64,000 bases of DNA, taken from the NCBI GenBank assembly GCA_015680685.1, contig MNCI01002706.1, forward strand, positions 1,020,758 to 1,084,757. The letters run 5' to 3'. Within the stretch, counting starts at the first letter, position 1. Every line of letters starts with the position of its first letter. Shown in pieces: positions 37,410 to 49,400 of the stretch. Origin of the DNA: Gnetum montanum. Its lineage: Eukaryota; Plantae; Gnetophyta. The position numbers were made by a program, and so were the translations under genes. The notes below the pieces were generated by a model that saw only the letters and a program-made list of their open reading frames with translations, ran no database searches and was not told the origin of the DNA.

Positions 37410-38749
37410 TGAAGGTAGTGGAAAGTAATATTAATTAAGCTAAGCTAGGAGAAAAGGATAAGAAAATCTAATCTAGCCTAAGTGCGATGAGCAGCCAATT
37501 CCTTGATTATCCGTACACATCTTGGACTTCATGCATGACTACCACTGGGGTTACCAAGCGCAGATCCTAGGTACGCCACTGGGTTACCAAGTAGTCACAC
37601 TTAAATGCTCGTAATTAAGTCGTACTCATTCCACGTTACTAGGAGTTTAAGGGTGAGAGAGATTAACTAGGAAAGCATTAAATAACAAATAAATAAACAA
37701 AGTGAATGCTACAATGATGAAGTAATCTCGATCTTTATTGCTAGTCATGTGCGCGTCCAAGTACATCACACTCGAATAAAGAATGTCATACAATTACATT
37801 CACCACACTGCGGGTAGACACTGAAAAATAATCTAACTCTGGAGGGATCAAACTGCCAGAGTTTCACTACAATCTAAACTAGGATCCTAAACAAGGGAGA
37901 GCCGCTTCTTATTTATAGACATTGCAGTGGACTGCGATATCGCGTACGCGATATCGTGGGGGATGCAATATCACGGCGGATGCGATATCGCATATGCAAT
38001 ATCGCAGCCCATGCGATATCACGTCCCATCAGCTATGCTTTGATTATAGTTCATTATCTTCCCACTTAGACTAGTAGTAGCCATGTCATGTATGGTTTAG
38101 TCCAAAGTGAGGCATATGATGTTGTTCCTAATTTTATGCTACTCTTGAGAATGGTAAAGAGATAAATTAATTTAAACTAATGGACAATAAAAAGTAAAAT
38201 CTAACTAGCCTACATGTGGTGAGTATTCGCACTTAATCGTCCATACACATCTTAGACTTTGTGAGACTAATTTTTGGATTACAAAGTGTACATCATTAGT
38301 TGTGCCAAATGATACACTTTTAGATTACCAAGTATCTACACTTAAATGTTTGTGATTAAGGCGTACGCATTCCGCTTAATAACAGGAACAGTAAATAGCA
38401 ATAAATGTAAATATTTAACTAAAGGAAGCAATAAATAATTAACAAGTAAAAGCAACAATAATCTAAGTGGATGTTGCAATTATGGAAGTAATCTTGATCT
38501 TTATTTCTAGTCATGAAATATTTCCAAGTATGTCGCACTCAAATAAAGGTGCCATATAATTACAAACATCACACTGCAGGCATGCACTGGGAACAACAAA
38601 CTTTAAAGAGAAGAAACTAAAAACTAAAACTATCTCCTACATGCTACTAACTATTTACTACTGACTACTCTCCATCCAAGCACCCAAGTGTCATATTTAT
38701 AGGTGAACCCAAATGAGGCAATGTTGGGTATTTGACATTGCTTATTAGC

Positions 38750-38818
38750 TTTGACGTCGAGGCTCCGATGTCATGTATTTGACGTCAAGGCTCCAATGTC
38801 ATGTATTTGACGTTGAGG
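38750..38818. repeat. 28-bp tandem repeat (2.5 copies) in the U3 of the solo LTR
   Basis: tttgacgtc(g/a)aggctcc(g/a)atgtcatgta twice plus a partial copy. Confidence 0.9.
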
Positions 38819-41118
38819 CCTTACAATGATGACTCATCACAATTCCCATACCTAAAATTAGTAGAATGTACGCACAAAAAAATTTCATCAAATCACATTC
38901 CATCTACACAAAACAAAACCTTTTCACCCAAAAATAATATCATAATCATACAACAAAAATAAGCAATACTCAGCTCGTGTATGTGCATAAATCTTGTAAT
39001 CATAAACAAGGAAGAGGCCAAGATAACTCACATCTAATTTGAATGAAGAAAGCTATAAAATGGAAAAAGCAAGACAAAAAGGTTAATGCAATCTGCATAA
39101 CCAATTTGAAATCTTGTAGCACTTCCTAGCTTTAATTTTCTAGCACCTCTCCCAGATCATCAAAGTATGTGGAAGAATTGAACCATGGAATTTTAATGGA
39201 GATTAACTAGAAACAATGAAACTAAAGAAAATAAAAATTGTCCAAGCTTTTATAAAACTAAAATAAAATTATCACAAATCTTTTCCATCATACCCATAAC
39301 TTTCTCTCCCACTCATGTGACTTCCTCACATGTCAAAACCATTAAAGAGAAAAACACCATAAAATCTTACAATGCTAAAATATACTTCAAAACCTCTCAA
39401 TAAAGAAAATAAAATAAATTTAAATATAATTAATATCTAAATCACACATGTGGACATAATGAATCATCAGTCACATATCTATTTGCTTATACATGCACTC
39501 CTAGAATAAATTATTAGTATTAATTAAACAAACTATTATTTATAACCATGTCATGCTCGCAACCAAATCTAATGAGGTCCTACCACACTCAACAATAAGA
39601 TTAGTGCACACATACTAGATGATAATAAAAGATAATATATGCATGATTAAATATTAAGGACTACATAACATTAACCAAGAATCTAAAAAGCCTAAGGCTC
39701 ATCATTAACATCATCAATGTAATGCATAAAATATACCAAACCAAGCAGACATATAAACATATAGGTACAAGTACAACATTTTGCACAAAAGTCATACATA
39801 CCAAGGATGTCCAAAAATACATATTGTTATAGATGAGTAACAAGTGCCAGGTGAAGTGGGATAGGAAAGTAATTGGCCATCCATTCTAGCTAGGTTTAGG
39901 CCTAACTATGGTGGTAATATTAGATTATCTTTAAGGGATAGATGTCAAAGGAAGATAACCTAGTGAACCCTTGCAGCATGAACTAGAAACACTTATTCAT
40001 TTTCAATTTTCTTATTAATAATGGTTCTTTTCATTTCCTCTTCCATTTTCCTTATTATGTTCACTACACATAATGTTAAATGTAATGTATGTTAAACTTT
40101 TTTTATAACTTCCTAGAATGAAATATGACACACATGCTACTTAGAGGCATGGTAAAAATATACTTTCAAAAACTATGACATTAGGTAAATAATTGACCAT
40201 AGTAACTCAATGTCAAATCCTTCATTTACCTTAATGGTTAGCACACCATAGATGGGATAAAGGCTCCAATATGAAAATGATGATATGTACAATGCAAAAA
40301 CTATTCTCCAATGTAAAATTTTTCACCAATACATTAATCTAATAAGACTATAACAAAAAGATTTAATATACTTAATCCCATAAACCTAATGTAAAACTTA
40401 AGTAGAACTTTTATAATCACTGCTACCCATTGGAATTGAATTCATAAATTTAAATTTCCATATCAAGAGTCTTATGAATACACTAACACCTTATTAATTA
40501 TCCATTATTCTAAACAGTACTTGTATGTCCAAAGAATATGATAGGATTATTGAGATAAATTTTAACTATATCAGCTACTGATAGGTTGCTTAAGTGGTTA
40601 GCTCATTATCTTGTTAGGCAAGAGGTTATCAATTTTAGACATTGTTATATTTCTCTATAATTCCTCTAATGCATCATATTGACTATATGTCTTTTATATA
40701 TTAAAATTATTCCAATACCTTACCCTACATATCAATTCAATACTTTATCATAGTTTAAATAAGACCTATATACCAATACTAATACAATACTTTGTCATAA
40801 TTTAAAAACTTTAAGTCATAAGTTTAATTTTAGCGGGCAATGCTAAGTTATAAGGTTTTAATTGGACTATATATCTTAGGGTGTATCTATACTACAATTA
40901 TTTTGGGATTCCAACACCCATAATTTAAGTAAGACCATACACTAATTCGAACATAATTTATTAAAAAAGAAAAGATAATATATTTTTGTGCAATATTTTA
41001 AGAAGAGAAGTAAAGTATAGATAAGATATAGTTATAACTATTGATAAGTGATTTGAAAGGTTTGCTCATTACTTTAACTATTTATTTATTTTGAAGGAGA
41101 GAGGAGGGAAAAGGTTTA

Positions 41119-44100
41119 TGTAATGACATTACTCAAGATAAATGCTGCTTAGCAACTTTAAGTTTGAAAGTAGGCAAGTATTCTAGAGTAGACTCAAAAT
41201 GGACTACATCTCAAGAATCATAAGACCTGCACACATAACATAAGAGTACTTATAATGTTAGTTCATAGGTTAGGAGCATGGCGAGTATGCCTCATGAAAT
41301 TATATAATTAATAGAACCAATGTGGCATACACAAATGCATGACCACAAGTATAACAAGTAACCATAAATGAAACATCATTCTTCTATAAGAGCTAAGATG
41401 TGTTTCTACTACAACACATATAGCCTTAAGCCTCAATTTATAACAAAGGATGGAGGCCCAAGATTTGAAGCCAAAGATCCTCAAGCCTACATATTCGTGT
41501 AATGCATTATACAAAGGAATTAGTGTAATGTATTTCTTTGGTAACGATTATAATATCATAGAACCCATGAGGATCTCCATATTTCTCAAGCCCCCATTTT
41601 AGAGGAAAACAACCTTTAATCCACCAACAAGGCATGTTTTCCTATACTCTCCCTTGCTTGAAAGAAGTGACATTCTTGTAACTTAAGTCTTTGTTTATAT
41701 GCATGCTCAATTGTTGAGAGAACATTCAATATTAAAGGTATTAAACAACTTAAAATCCTTTTGATAATAGTAGATAAGAAGATTCCATGGCTAAGGTAAT
41801 TCATCTTAAAGCATGATTGTTGAACTTAACTTAACATCCAATCAAAGCTTGGAGATGCTAATGTAACCTAGATTAAGGAAGAAAAGACTTATCTTTTTCC
41901 ATGCAACCAATACCAACCTTTCCACTTGGAGAAAGATTTACTTAGAATGTAAACAACTACATTTTTAGTGATACAAATGTGTAGTCTTTTAGAGGTACTC
42001 ATTTCTCCACCTCTAAACTTGTGCTACCTAATCAAAGTCATAATCTTGTGCTCCCTACTTAGAATCATAATTAAGAACTTGTGCTCCTTGCTCAGAGTCA
42101 CAATCACAATCTTATGCTTCCTACTAGAGGTCATAATCATAATCATGTACTTCATACTTGAAGTCATAGTCACAATCCTATTCTTCCTACTCAAAGACAT
42201 AGTAAAAAGCAAGTTCTCCTTACTTGAAGTCATTTCACCTCATCTTGATTCACACACAATTACTTTTTTATAACAATAATTTATCCATGAAAAAAGTAGT
42301 CATAGTAGGCCAACCACATTTCATTCCTCTTGGTGCTTACTACCTATTTGAACACTAGATTCTCTATCTTATACTAAGGTGATTAGGCCCTCATGTAACT
42401 ACTACATGAAATCCAAAAGTTTCATCTCTTACTCTTATTCATCCTCATTGCAAATCATTAATGAAGCATGAGGCTAATGTTCAATTACATTCAAACTATG
42501 ATTTTCAAGTATATTAAGGGAATTCTCAAGCATAATTCTCCCCATCATAAACATAGCATTTCAAGCCTTTACAATTCAAAGGATATTAAGAAATTCCTCC
42601 AAAATATGATTATTTATTCCACAACTTATTTTTCTCTTAAGAAGCCTCACATTTCTCATACCCTAGGGAAGATGTTTGTTTACCTAAACCTTGTGTAGCA
42701 TGTGAGCCTATGAAACCACTAGAATTATTCTATCCATCACCTTTTCAAATCTTGTTACTCTCTTTATTTTTCTCAAGCAATTGTTCCACCCTACCCTTAT
42801 CTTTCTTTCCTATCATGTAATCGATTAAACTACCAACTTGGATGACCTCCTTGTATTGAGTGATTTTCCGAGTTTTGAGATCACATTGTACTCAAGGTTT
42901 GATGCCATTGAGAAATATTTTGTATTTGCTATCCTCATCCATATTTCGGATTTATATGATGATATTTTGATACTCCCAAATATAATTCTCGAGTTCTTCC
43001 ATATATTGGATCTCTTTTAGCTTCACTTAGGATTTGTCAATGGAAGTACTTAGATAGAAGTTGTCAATCAAAGCTTCTTTAAATTATTCATAGGTTCTAA
43101 TGGGCTTGGCTATCCTAGCCTTTTCCTCTTAAAGAATGCCACGCCACCATGTTTTTGCAATTCGACCCAAAAATTGGGTAGCAATGTGAGCTTGTTCCTC
43201 TATGGCATATTTACACATCTCTAGAAATTTCTTAACCTCAAATAGAAAAGCATCAATAATAGCAGCATCTCTATCACCTTCATAAATTTTTGGCTCTTTT
43301 GCTCAAAACTGGGAAACTGCTTGGCTTGATCCCAATGTCAATATCCTTGCTTACATTACCAATTGATCTTTCAGGCCCCCAATCTCATTTTCTTAGCTTT
43401 TGATCAAGGCTTGTTGGGTTTCTACCAATGATCTCAACTCTTGGATAGTAAGCTAAAGATCATTAACAACATCATTGACATACTCCACCTAATTCCTTAG
43501 TACAAATTTTTGGACAAGTCTAAGCTTATGTTTGGTGCTAGAGCTCAACTTTGATAGGAAAGGAACATTCATCAAATTAACTAGCTCTTGGATCATTCAA
43601 GCCTTCTCTATTATAGGTAAACTATACATGATTATGCTATCTACTTGTAATAATTGACCCTAGGGTTTTTGTATCTTTTCAGTAAATCTATTAATATCCC
43701 TCTTATAAATCATTTCTAGATTCTCGTCCTTGTTTACTTCCTCATACATGTTCACATTATTGTACATCTCCTCATGCACATGATTGCCTCGATTACCATC
43801 TCCAACTAGTCCATTGCGAGAATTGGGACTAAGAAAAGTATTATTGAGATTTCAACTCCCTTTACTCTTTATTTGTGTTTGCCATAGTAACACATGATTC
43901 ATGAACAACAAATCACAATCATGAACTACCATCAGCCTTGATTCACAAACCATAACTCTAATACCAAGTATAACAATATTGCTTTGGAGAAGTGTTACTT
44001 GACATTATCCTTGAATTCGAAAGTAGGCAAGTGTTTCAAAGTAGATCCAAGGTGGACTATACCTCAATGATCATAACACCTGCACACACTTCATAAGTGT

Positions 44101-44501
44101 ACATACTATGCTAGTTCATACGTCAAAGCATAGTGAATATGCCTCATGAAATTATATAGGTGACAGGATCAACATGATGCATACACATGCATAACCATAG
44201 CAATAACAAGAAACCATAAATGAGACAATATTTCCTTAGAAGTGCTAAGACATGTTCCTATTCTAATGCATCTAGTCCTACGCTATGCTTCATATATAAG
44301 GGTGGAGGTCTAAGCATCAAAGCCAAAGCTCCTTTGCAAGCCTACATATCCTTATGATGCAATACATAAAGGAATCAAGATCATGTAGTTCTTTGGTGAT
44401 GGTTATAATAGTATGGAACACCTAAGGATCTCCACATTTCTCTAGCCATCATTCTGTAGGAAAATAACCTTTGATCCACTAATAAGGCATGTTTTCCTAT
44501 A
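41119..44501 (-). mobile_element. Gag-only non-autonomous LTR retrotransposon (chromovirus/Galadriel-like gag)
   Basis: Diverged ~530-bp LTRs at 41119-41646 and 43969-44501. tRNA-Met PBS (minus tggtattagagt, 43955-43966) and PPT at 41647-41660. Gag reads AKEPKIYEGDRDAAIIDAFLFEVKKFL...ATQFLGRIAKTWWR...FLNGIKP. No pol and no TSD. Confidence 0.85.
41990..42245 (-). repeat. Degenerate ~30-bp tandem array inside the gag-only element
   Basis: Minus-strand units like gagcaggagcacaagattgtgactatgact, about 8 copies. The periodicity shows in ORFs 41968-42273 and 42024-42233. Confidence 0.8.
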
Positions 44502-45559
44502 AGGAGGATAACAAACCCAAAAAAATAATTAATAATAAGCAAAGAAAATTTAGAGTACATTATAAGCTTGACATTGAGTATACATTATCAAAAAAATAAA
44601 GAGAAAAAATATTCCAATTTTAGGGCTACCTACTTAGGTGTATGACCTTACAATTGATACTTTGAAAAAACAAATGAAGAAAATTAATGGTTAGTAGGAT
44701 GGAAGATCCTAGTTCTAACAAAATTTACATCACTTTTCAACATCCATGCTTAAACTTAAAATAGCAAAAGGATTTGAGATAGAGAATTGTGACTTAATAC
44801 CAATATTTACATTAAAGCAAGGAAGTGGTACTACTTGTGGAAGATTTTCATCTTGTTTCTTGTTATTAATCTTATATCGAGAATCTTTACCACTAAATAT
44901 TACCTTCTTTTCAACACTAGTTTTAATCTTTGAGTTAATAGTATTCTTGTTAAACAAGGCAAAATTTGCCTTATGAGCTATTTGCCTAGGTTGCTTAATA
45001 TTTTCTCTAGTACAAGTAAAAAAAAAAAAAAAATACATATGAGACTTTGTCTTTTTTGAATTCTTTATTACCATTTGATCTTATTATTAACATTAACTTG
45101 ATTTTTCATATCTTCAACTTCATATTGTTTTTTCTATCATCAGCTTTAACACATTTTTTCTTTTCTTCAAAATCATTTTTTCTTGAGCACAAAAGAACAA
45201 GCATTAATCAAATATCTTTCATGGTGGCAAAAGTTGCAAGAACTAGGAAGATTATAATTTGTAATTGGCTAAATATAAGTCATTTCTTCTACTTGTGACA
45301 CCAATTCCTTTTTATGATTGAGAAGGTTGATTTCAACCAAAAAAAAAAATGTCTACAAAAACCAAAAGTTGTATAAATAGACTTCATATGCTTAATGTGA
45401 CCAAGAAGACTAACAATTTTTTGCTCAACTTTCTAAAAAATCAACAGAAGATTATATAACTTGATAAAACATAAAACTTTAGCATATTATTCAAATTTGA
45501 CATCAAAATTTGAAGCCCACTTATGAATGATCACCACTACATACTTATGTATAAAAGAT

Positions 45560-45855
45560 CCTATATGTATGGCACGTTGCACCATCAAAACATTGCCTAA
45601 CTCAACAAGCAAAAAAAAGTGAGAATGAGACATCTTTATATTCCGATATATCTTGACTTGTATGATTACTAGCAAGACCTTATATCTAAGGCACGTTGCA
45701 CCATCAGAACATTTGCCCAACTCAACAAGTAAATAATAATAATAATAATAAGAATGAGATATCTTTATATTCCTGTATATCTTGAAGCATTGCCTAACTC
45801 AATGAGGAGGAAAAAATGAGAATAAGGCATCTTTATATTCCTATATATCTTGAAG
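45560..45855. repeat. Local triplication upstream of the S18 gene
   Basis: Three copies of cattgcctaactcaa...gagaatgagacatctttatattcc..tatatcttga; two are preceded by ggcacgttgcaccatca. Confidence 0.85.
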
Positions 45856-46330
45856 CCAAGTATAGATGTAGCTCTATTGGTTGGCACATATGATTACCAA
45901 CATCCCTTGCTAGAGGCATGTTCCAAGCATAAATATCACACTTAAGTATTCTATCATTATAAAAATAAATAAGACAAGAAAAAACATAAAAACTAAATGC
46001 AGTTCATGACTACAATAATTGAATACATTACATGATGAAGTATACAATGTATTAATTAGTAGTAAGATACTCAGTAGTTTGTATTTTTGATTCCAATGAG
46101 TAATACTGATTTATAATTTTTTTTTCTTAATTCCTTTTCCTTTTTGACAGAAATTCTAGACAGATCCGACGGATCCGGTGTTTCCCAGTAAAAAGGAAAC
46201 GAGAATCATGCAAACACGACACGAACAATGAGCGTTCACTGAAACCCTGCTGTTGTTGCTGCCAAACTGAGTTTGGATTCCAGCATAACAGTAATTGTAA
46301 CAGTCAAAGGCAGAGGCAGAGGCAGGCGTA

Positions 46331-46430
46331 ATGGCTTGGTTGAATCAGGGAAGACGTATCATTCTCGGTAGATTATCAAAAGCATCGCTTCCCTTTGCAT
46401 TCAATTCCCTGCGTTCTCTTCAATGCTCTG
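46331..46430 (+). CDS. MRPS18: bS18m exon 1 (transit peptide)
   Basis: MAWLNQGRRIILGRLSKASLPFAFNSLRSLQCS, donor G|GTACAT, phase 1 matches exon 2. Confidence 0.8.
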
Positions 46431-49400
46431 GTACATTCCTCACACTCTTTCTCGCTTTCAATTCATTGTTTCCAAGCATCTTCGCCTTTCTGAATTTGGA
46501 CTTTCTTTTTCTTTCTTTAAATATATTCTTTGTGCCCGCCGGCTTGTTTGAATACGCTGACGTGACATTTCCCTCCGATGACTAGAGAGCGTAATCTTTA
46601 CTTATTAAACATGCTGTCCTAGAGAATTGAAGTTCCGGTTTTTTATTGCAATGATATTCTCTTTTAGGTCAAGCCACAGAACATCGTCAACTTTCTGGTT
46701 TTGATGATTAGCAACATTCTAAAATTTTTCTATTTGTTAACTTGAGATCCTTTTAGTCTACTACAAGCCATGCAGTGTAGTTTTTGCCCCTGACTGTATG
46801 CCTATTAATGCTTAAAGGTTGAATGCCACATCTTATTAATTTGTGGAAAACATTTTTGAATTAATTTATGATAATGTCTTCATTCAAATTCAAGATAAGA
46901 AAACAAAAAACATACCTCTGGCTCGGAGTATGGATTGGAAAATATACTTGAAAAATAAATTGACGAACTGAATTGAATAAGTTAAGAAAAATTGCAATTT
47001 CTGTGACAAAAGTATGCCATACATTATGGTTTAACAAAAATGCCAAAGCGTTATGCCAGTGCACATCAAGTACGGATCAAAGTGCTTTAAAAATGCTTTA
47101 AAGAACTTATTGAATATTTTTTAAGAAATGTATAAGAAAGCTTTTAAAAAATACTCAAAAATTGCAATACTAGAATCTCTCAGCAGAGTTTAGCACCAAC
47201 TTTGCCTAGAAACGTTTGCTGATGAAAACCTTGCTTGTGTTTTCTTTCAACAGTAGCGAAACTTTTAAACTGAGGTTTAGCAATCTTTGTGTGTGTGTAT
47301 ATAATGAGTGACGGACAGTTTATAACAGAGCAAGCTGTAAATTAACTTTTATTCATTTTTATTGTATATTGGAGTAAAAAACCATAATTGATCACATACT
47401 GAATTAATTAATGCCCTTTTTGCAAAGACCAATAAAAAAGTAAAATAATAGTACAGTCGAACCGATAAAGAGGTGTACTGGAGAAGACATGCAATGAATT
47501 AGCCAGTTCAACTATTCACTACATTCCTCCTTGCCACAATGCATAGAATCAAGAAACGGTTCTCGATCTAAGCGTGTCAGTCAGATAGTCAGTCAGAAGT
47601 GTCAGCTGAAACACTCTGTGCAGGTTCCATGGTCTGATTCCCATCCTTCATGCATAGGTGTTTCAATGATCAAAATTTGCAAATCAATGCTATATTTACA
47701 AGAATTTTCAACCAAGTTCATGCTTAGAATCTTACATATATTTAATTTGCTAGAACCAAGGAAAAAAATGATCTTCACTGTTATTAATTACTCATGGGAT
47801 TTTTGGTTAGATCAATACCAATTTTATTAATGTTACACAGAAATTGATTTCTGGGTAAGGTATGTGAATGTTCAGCAGAGTTTGGAGGGTGTGAGATGCT
47901 TTTACCTGTAGAACATTTCCTTCTTCATTGTATTTATTATTTCTATTTTACTACATCATATGGAGGACTAACACATGAGCATTGATCAGGTAATGCGTTC
48001 AGATTGTACTCATCAGTTTATCCATGTAAGCTTCTGATTCTTATTGAGTATTTTTTTAAACCATTCTTCTGACAGTTTTTACTGATTCTTGTTTCCATAT
48101 TATCGTGTTTAGCTGGCAGCAGAGTTCCACCATTTCAAGAGCAGTTTCCTACTGAGACTGCAGATGATTTTGAAAGCAGATTGTTTGGAGATGTATTTGA
48201 TGAGGACACTGATTCTTTTTTCCGTAAGTTGGATAGAGCAGAAAAGGCCCTTGGAAAGACAAATGACCAGGAAGATTGGAATGTCAAATTTGATGAAAAT
48301 GAGCTAGAAGGGCTTACTCAGGACACATTGGCAGATGGGATGGATGAGAAGTTGAAAAATGCAGCCTTAGGTATGGACTATGGTGCTGGAAAAATTGATC
48401 CAGATTATTCATTCAGGCCTGACACTGCGTTTGAAGTTGGGACAATGTACTCAGTACAGGTACCAAAATCTCACTCTCTTCTTCGAGTTAAGTTTAACAT
48501 ATGACATGTCTATGTTAAATGTATTAATTTGTCTAATAAAGTTAAGTGACACGAAGTGGTGATTAGTAATCTGTTCAAGTCTTTTAATGAACACATTGAA
48601 ATTTTATTAAAGATTCTAAACAATTCCCAACAGAGAGGTCCAAAAGAACAGAAATGGGAAAAAACAATTCTTAGTGGAATTACATCATTAAGGGAGGGCC
48701 ATTACTTCATAAGCATAAGAAACTTCTTAATATATGTTACAATATTTATGACAGATTGTGGTAGCATTGCCATTAAAGAATCTAAATTCTCTATAAAGAT
48801 ACGTCTCATCATGCCATAACACTCAGCAGCTGAAACATTGAACAGTTTCCAAAGAAAATTTTCCTTATGAATAAGGAATAGCTGTCCTGAGTATACATTG
48901 GAGGATATTGATAATCTCGAATTACTGGAATACTGATGCAAATTTTGTAGTTTTCAACGTATTTGTCTTCAGTAAATGTTGGAAACAATTATACTAAGGC
49001 TACATATTAATTAAAAACAATTTAAAAAGAGAGAGAATCAGCTGTAAACTTCATTACATGTGTATTAGCAATTAGAGAATTTTTGCTTTTTACAATCTGA
49101 AACCATACTAGTTTCAAATCTTCCCTAGATTTGTCATCTAGCTTCTGTAGCAATTAGAGTTTGCTTTCCTATAATGGATATCAAATGACATGGGTACTTT
49201 ATTTGTTAAAAAGCTTGGGAGAAGCAAGATCTTGGAATATTGTTGCAATCAAGACAATTGAACAGAGACCATAACATCCTGCTCAACTAAGCAAATTTTG
49301 TCTCATTTCATGGAACTTTCAAAACAGAAAGTATGCAGTAACCTACTGGCGAATTAATCATATTAGAAACATGAGGCATCAAAAGATGCATTGTCAGGAA

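Larger units (their letters stand above)
30133..38031 (-). mobile_element. Non-autonomous, pol-less Athila-like element (element C): gag remnant plus accessory ORF
   Basis: Perfect TSD GCTAT (30128-30132, 38032-38036). LTR parts 30133-30579 and 37410-38031 (about 19 mismatches in 229 shared nt by eye). CCHC knuckle CNICLYNHPKGQCP in ORF 36181-36513 matches element A ~100-160. No PR/RT/RH/INT. Confidence 0.9.
30025..38839 (-). mobile_element. Old solo LTR of the Athila-like family (30025-30132 plus 38037-38839), split by element C
   Basis: TGATGAG...CTCATCA termini with flanks TAATT/CAATT (TSD with one transition). The two parts join into a colinear family LTR. Confidence 0.85.

Noticed and set aside
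36679-37428. 249-aa ORF in the ORF track
   Set aside because: Artefact of the N gap.
41090-41118. Purine run before the LTR at 41119 suggesting a plus-strand PPT
   Set aside because: PBS, gag and a proper PPT all place the element on the minus strand, so this is probably flanking DNA.
38840-41118. AT-rich block, possibly an old DNA transposon
   Set aside because: No TIRs, TSD or transposase motif could be identified by eye.
44730-45400. Minus-strand Lys-rich ORF ending SNPFAIL, reminiscent of a LINE ORF1 end
   Set aside because: No adjacent endonuclease/RT motifs and the sequence is low-complexity, so it cannot be supported.
47450-47830. More GC-balanced stretch with GTCAG repeats and a 99-aa ORF in intron 1 of the S18 gene
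   Set aside because: No recognisable domain, no usable in-frame splice pair, and no poly-A or TSD.
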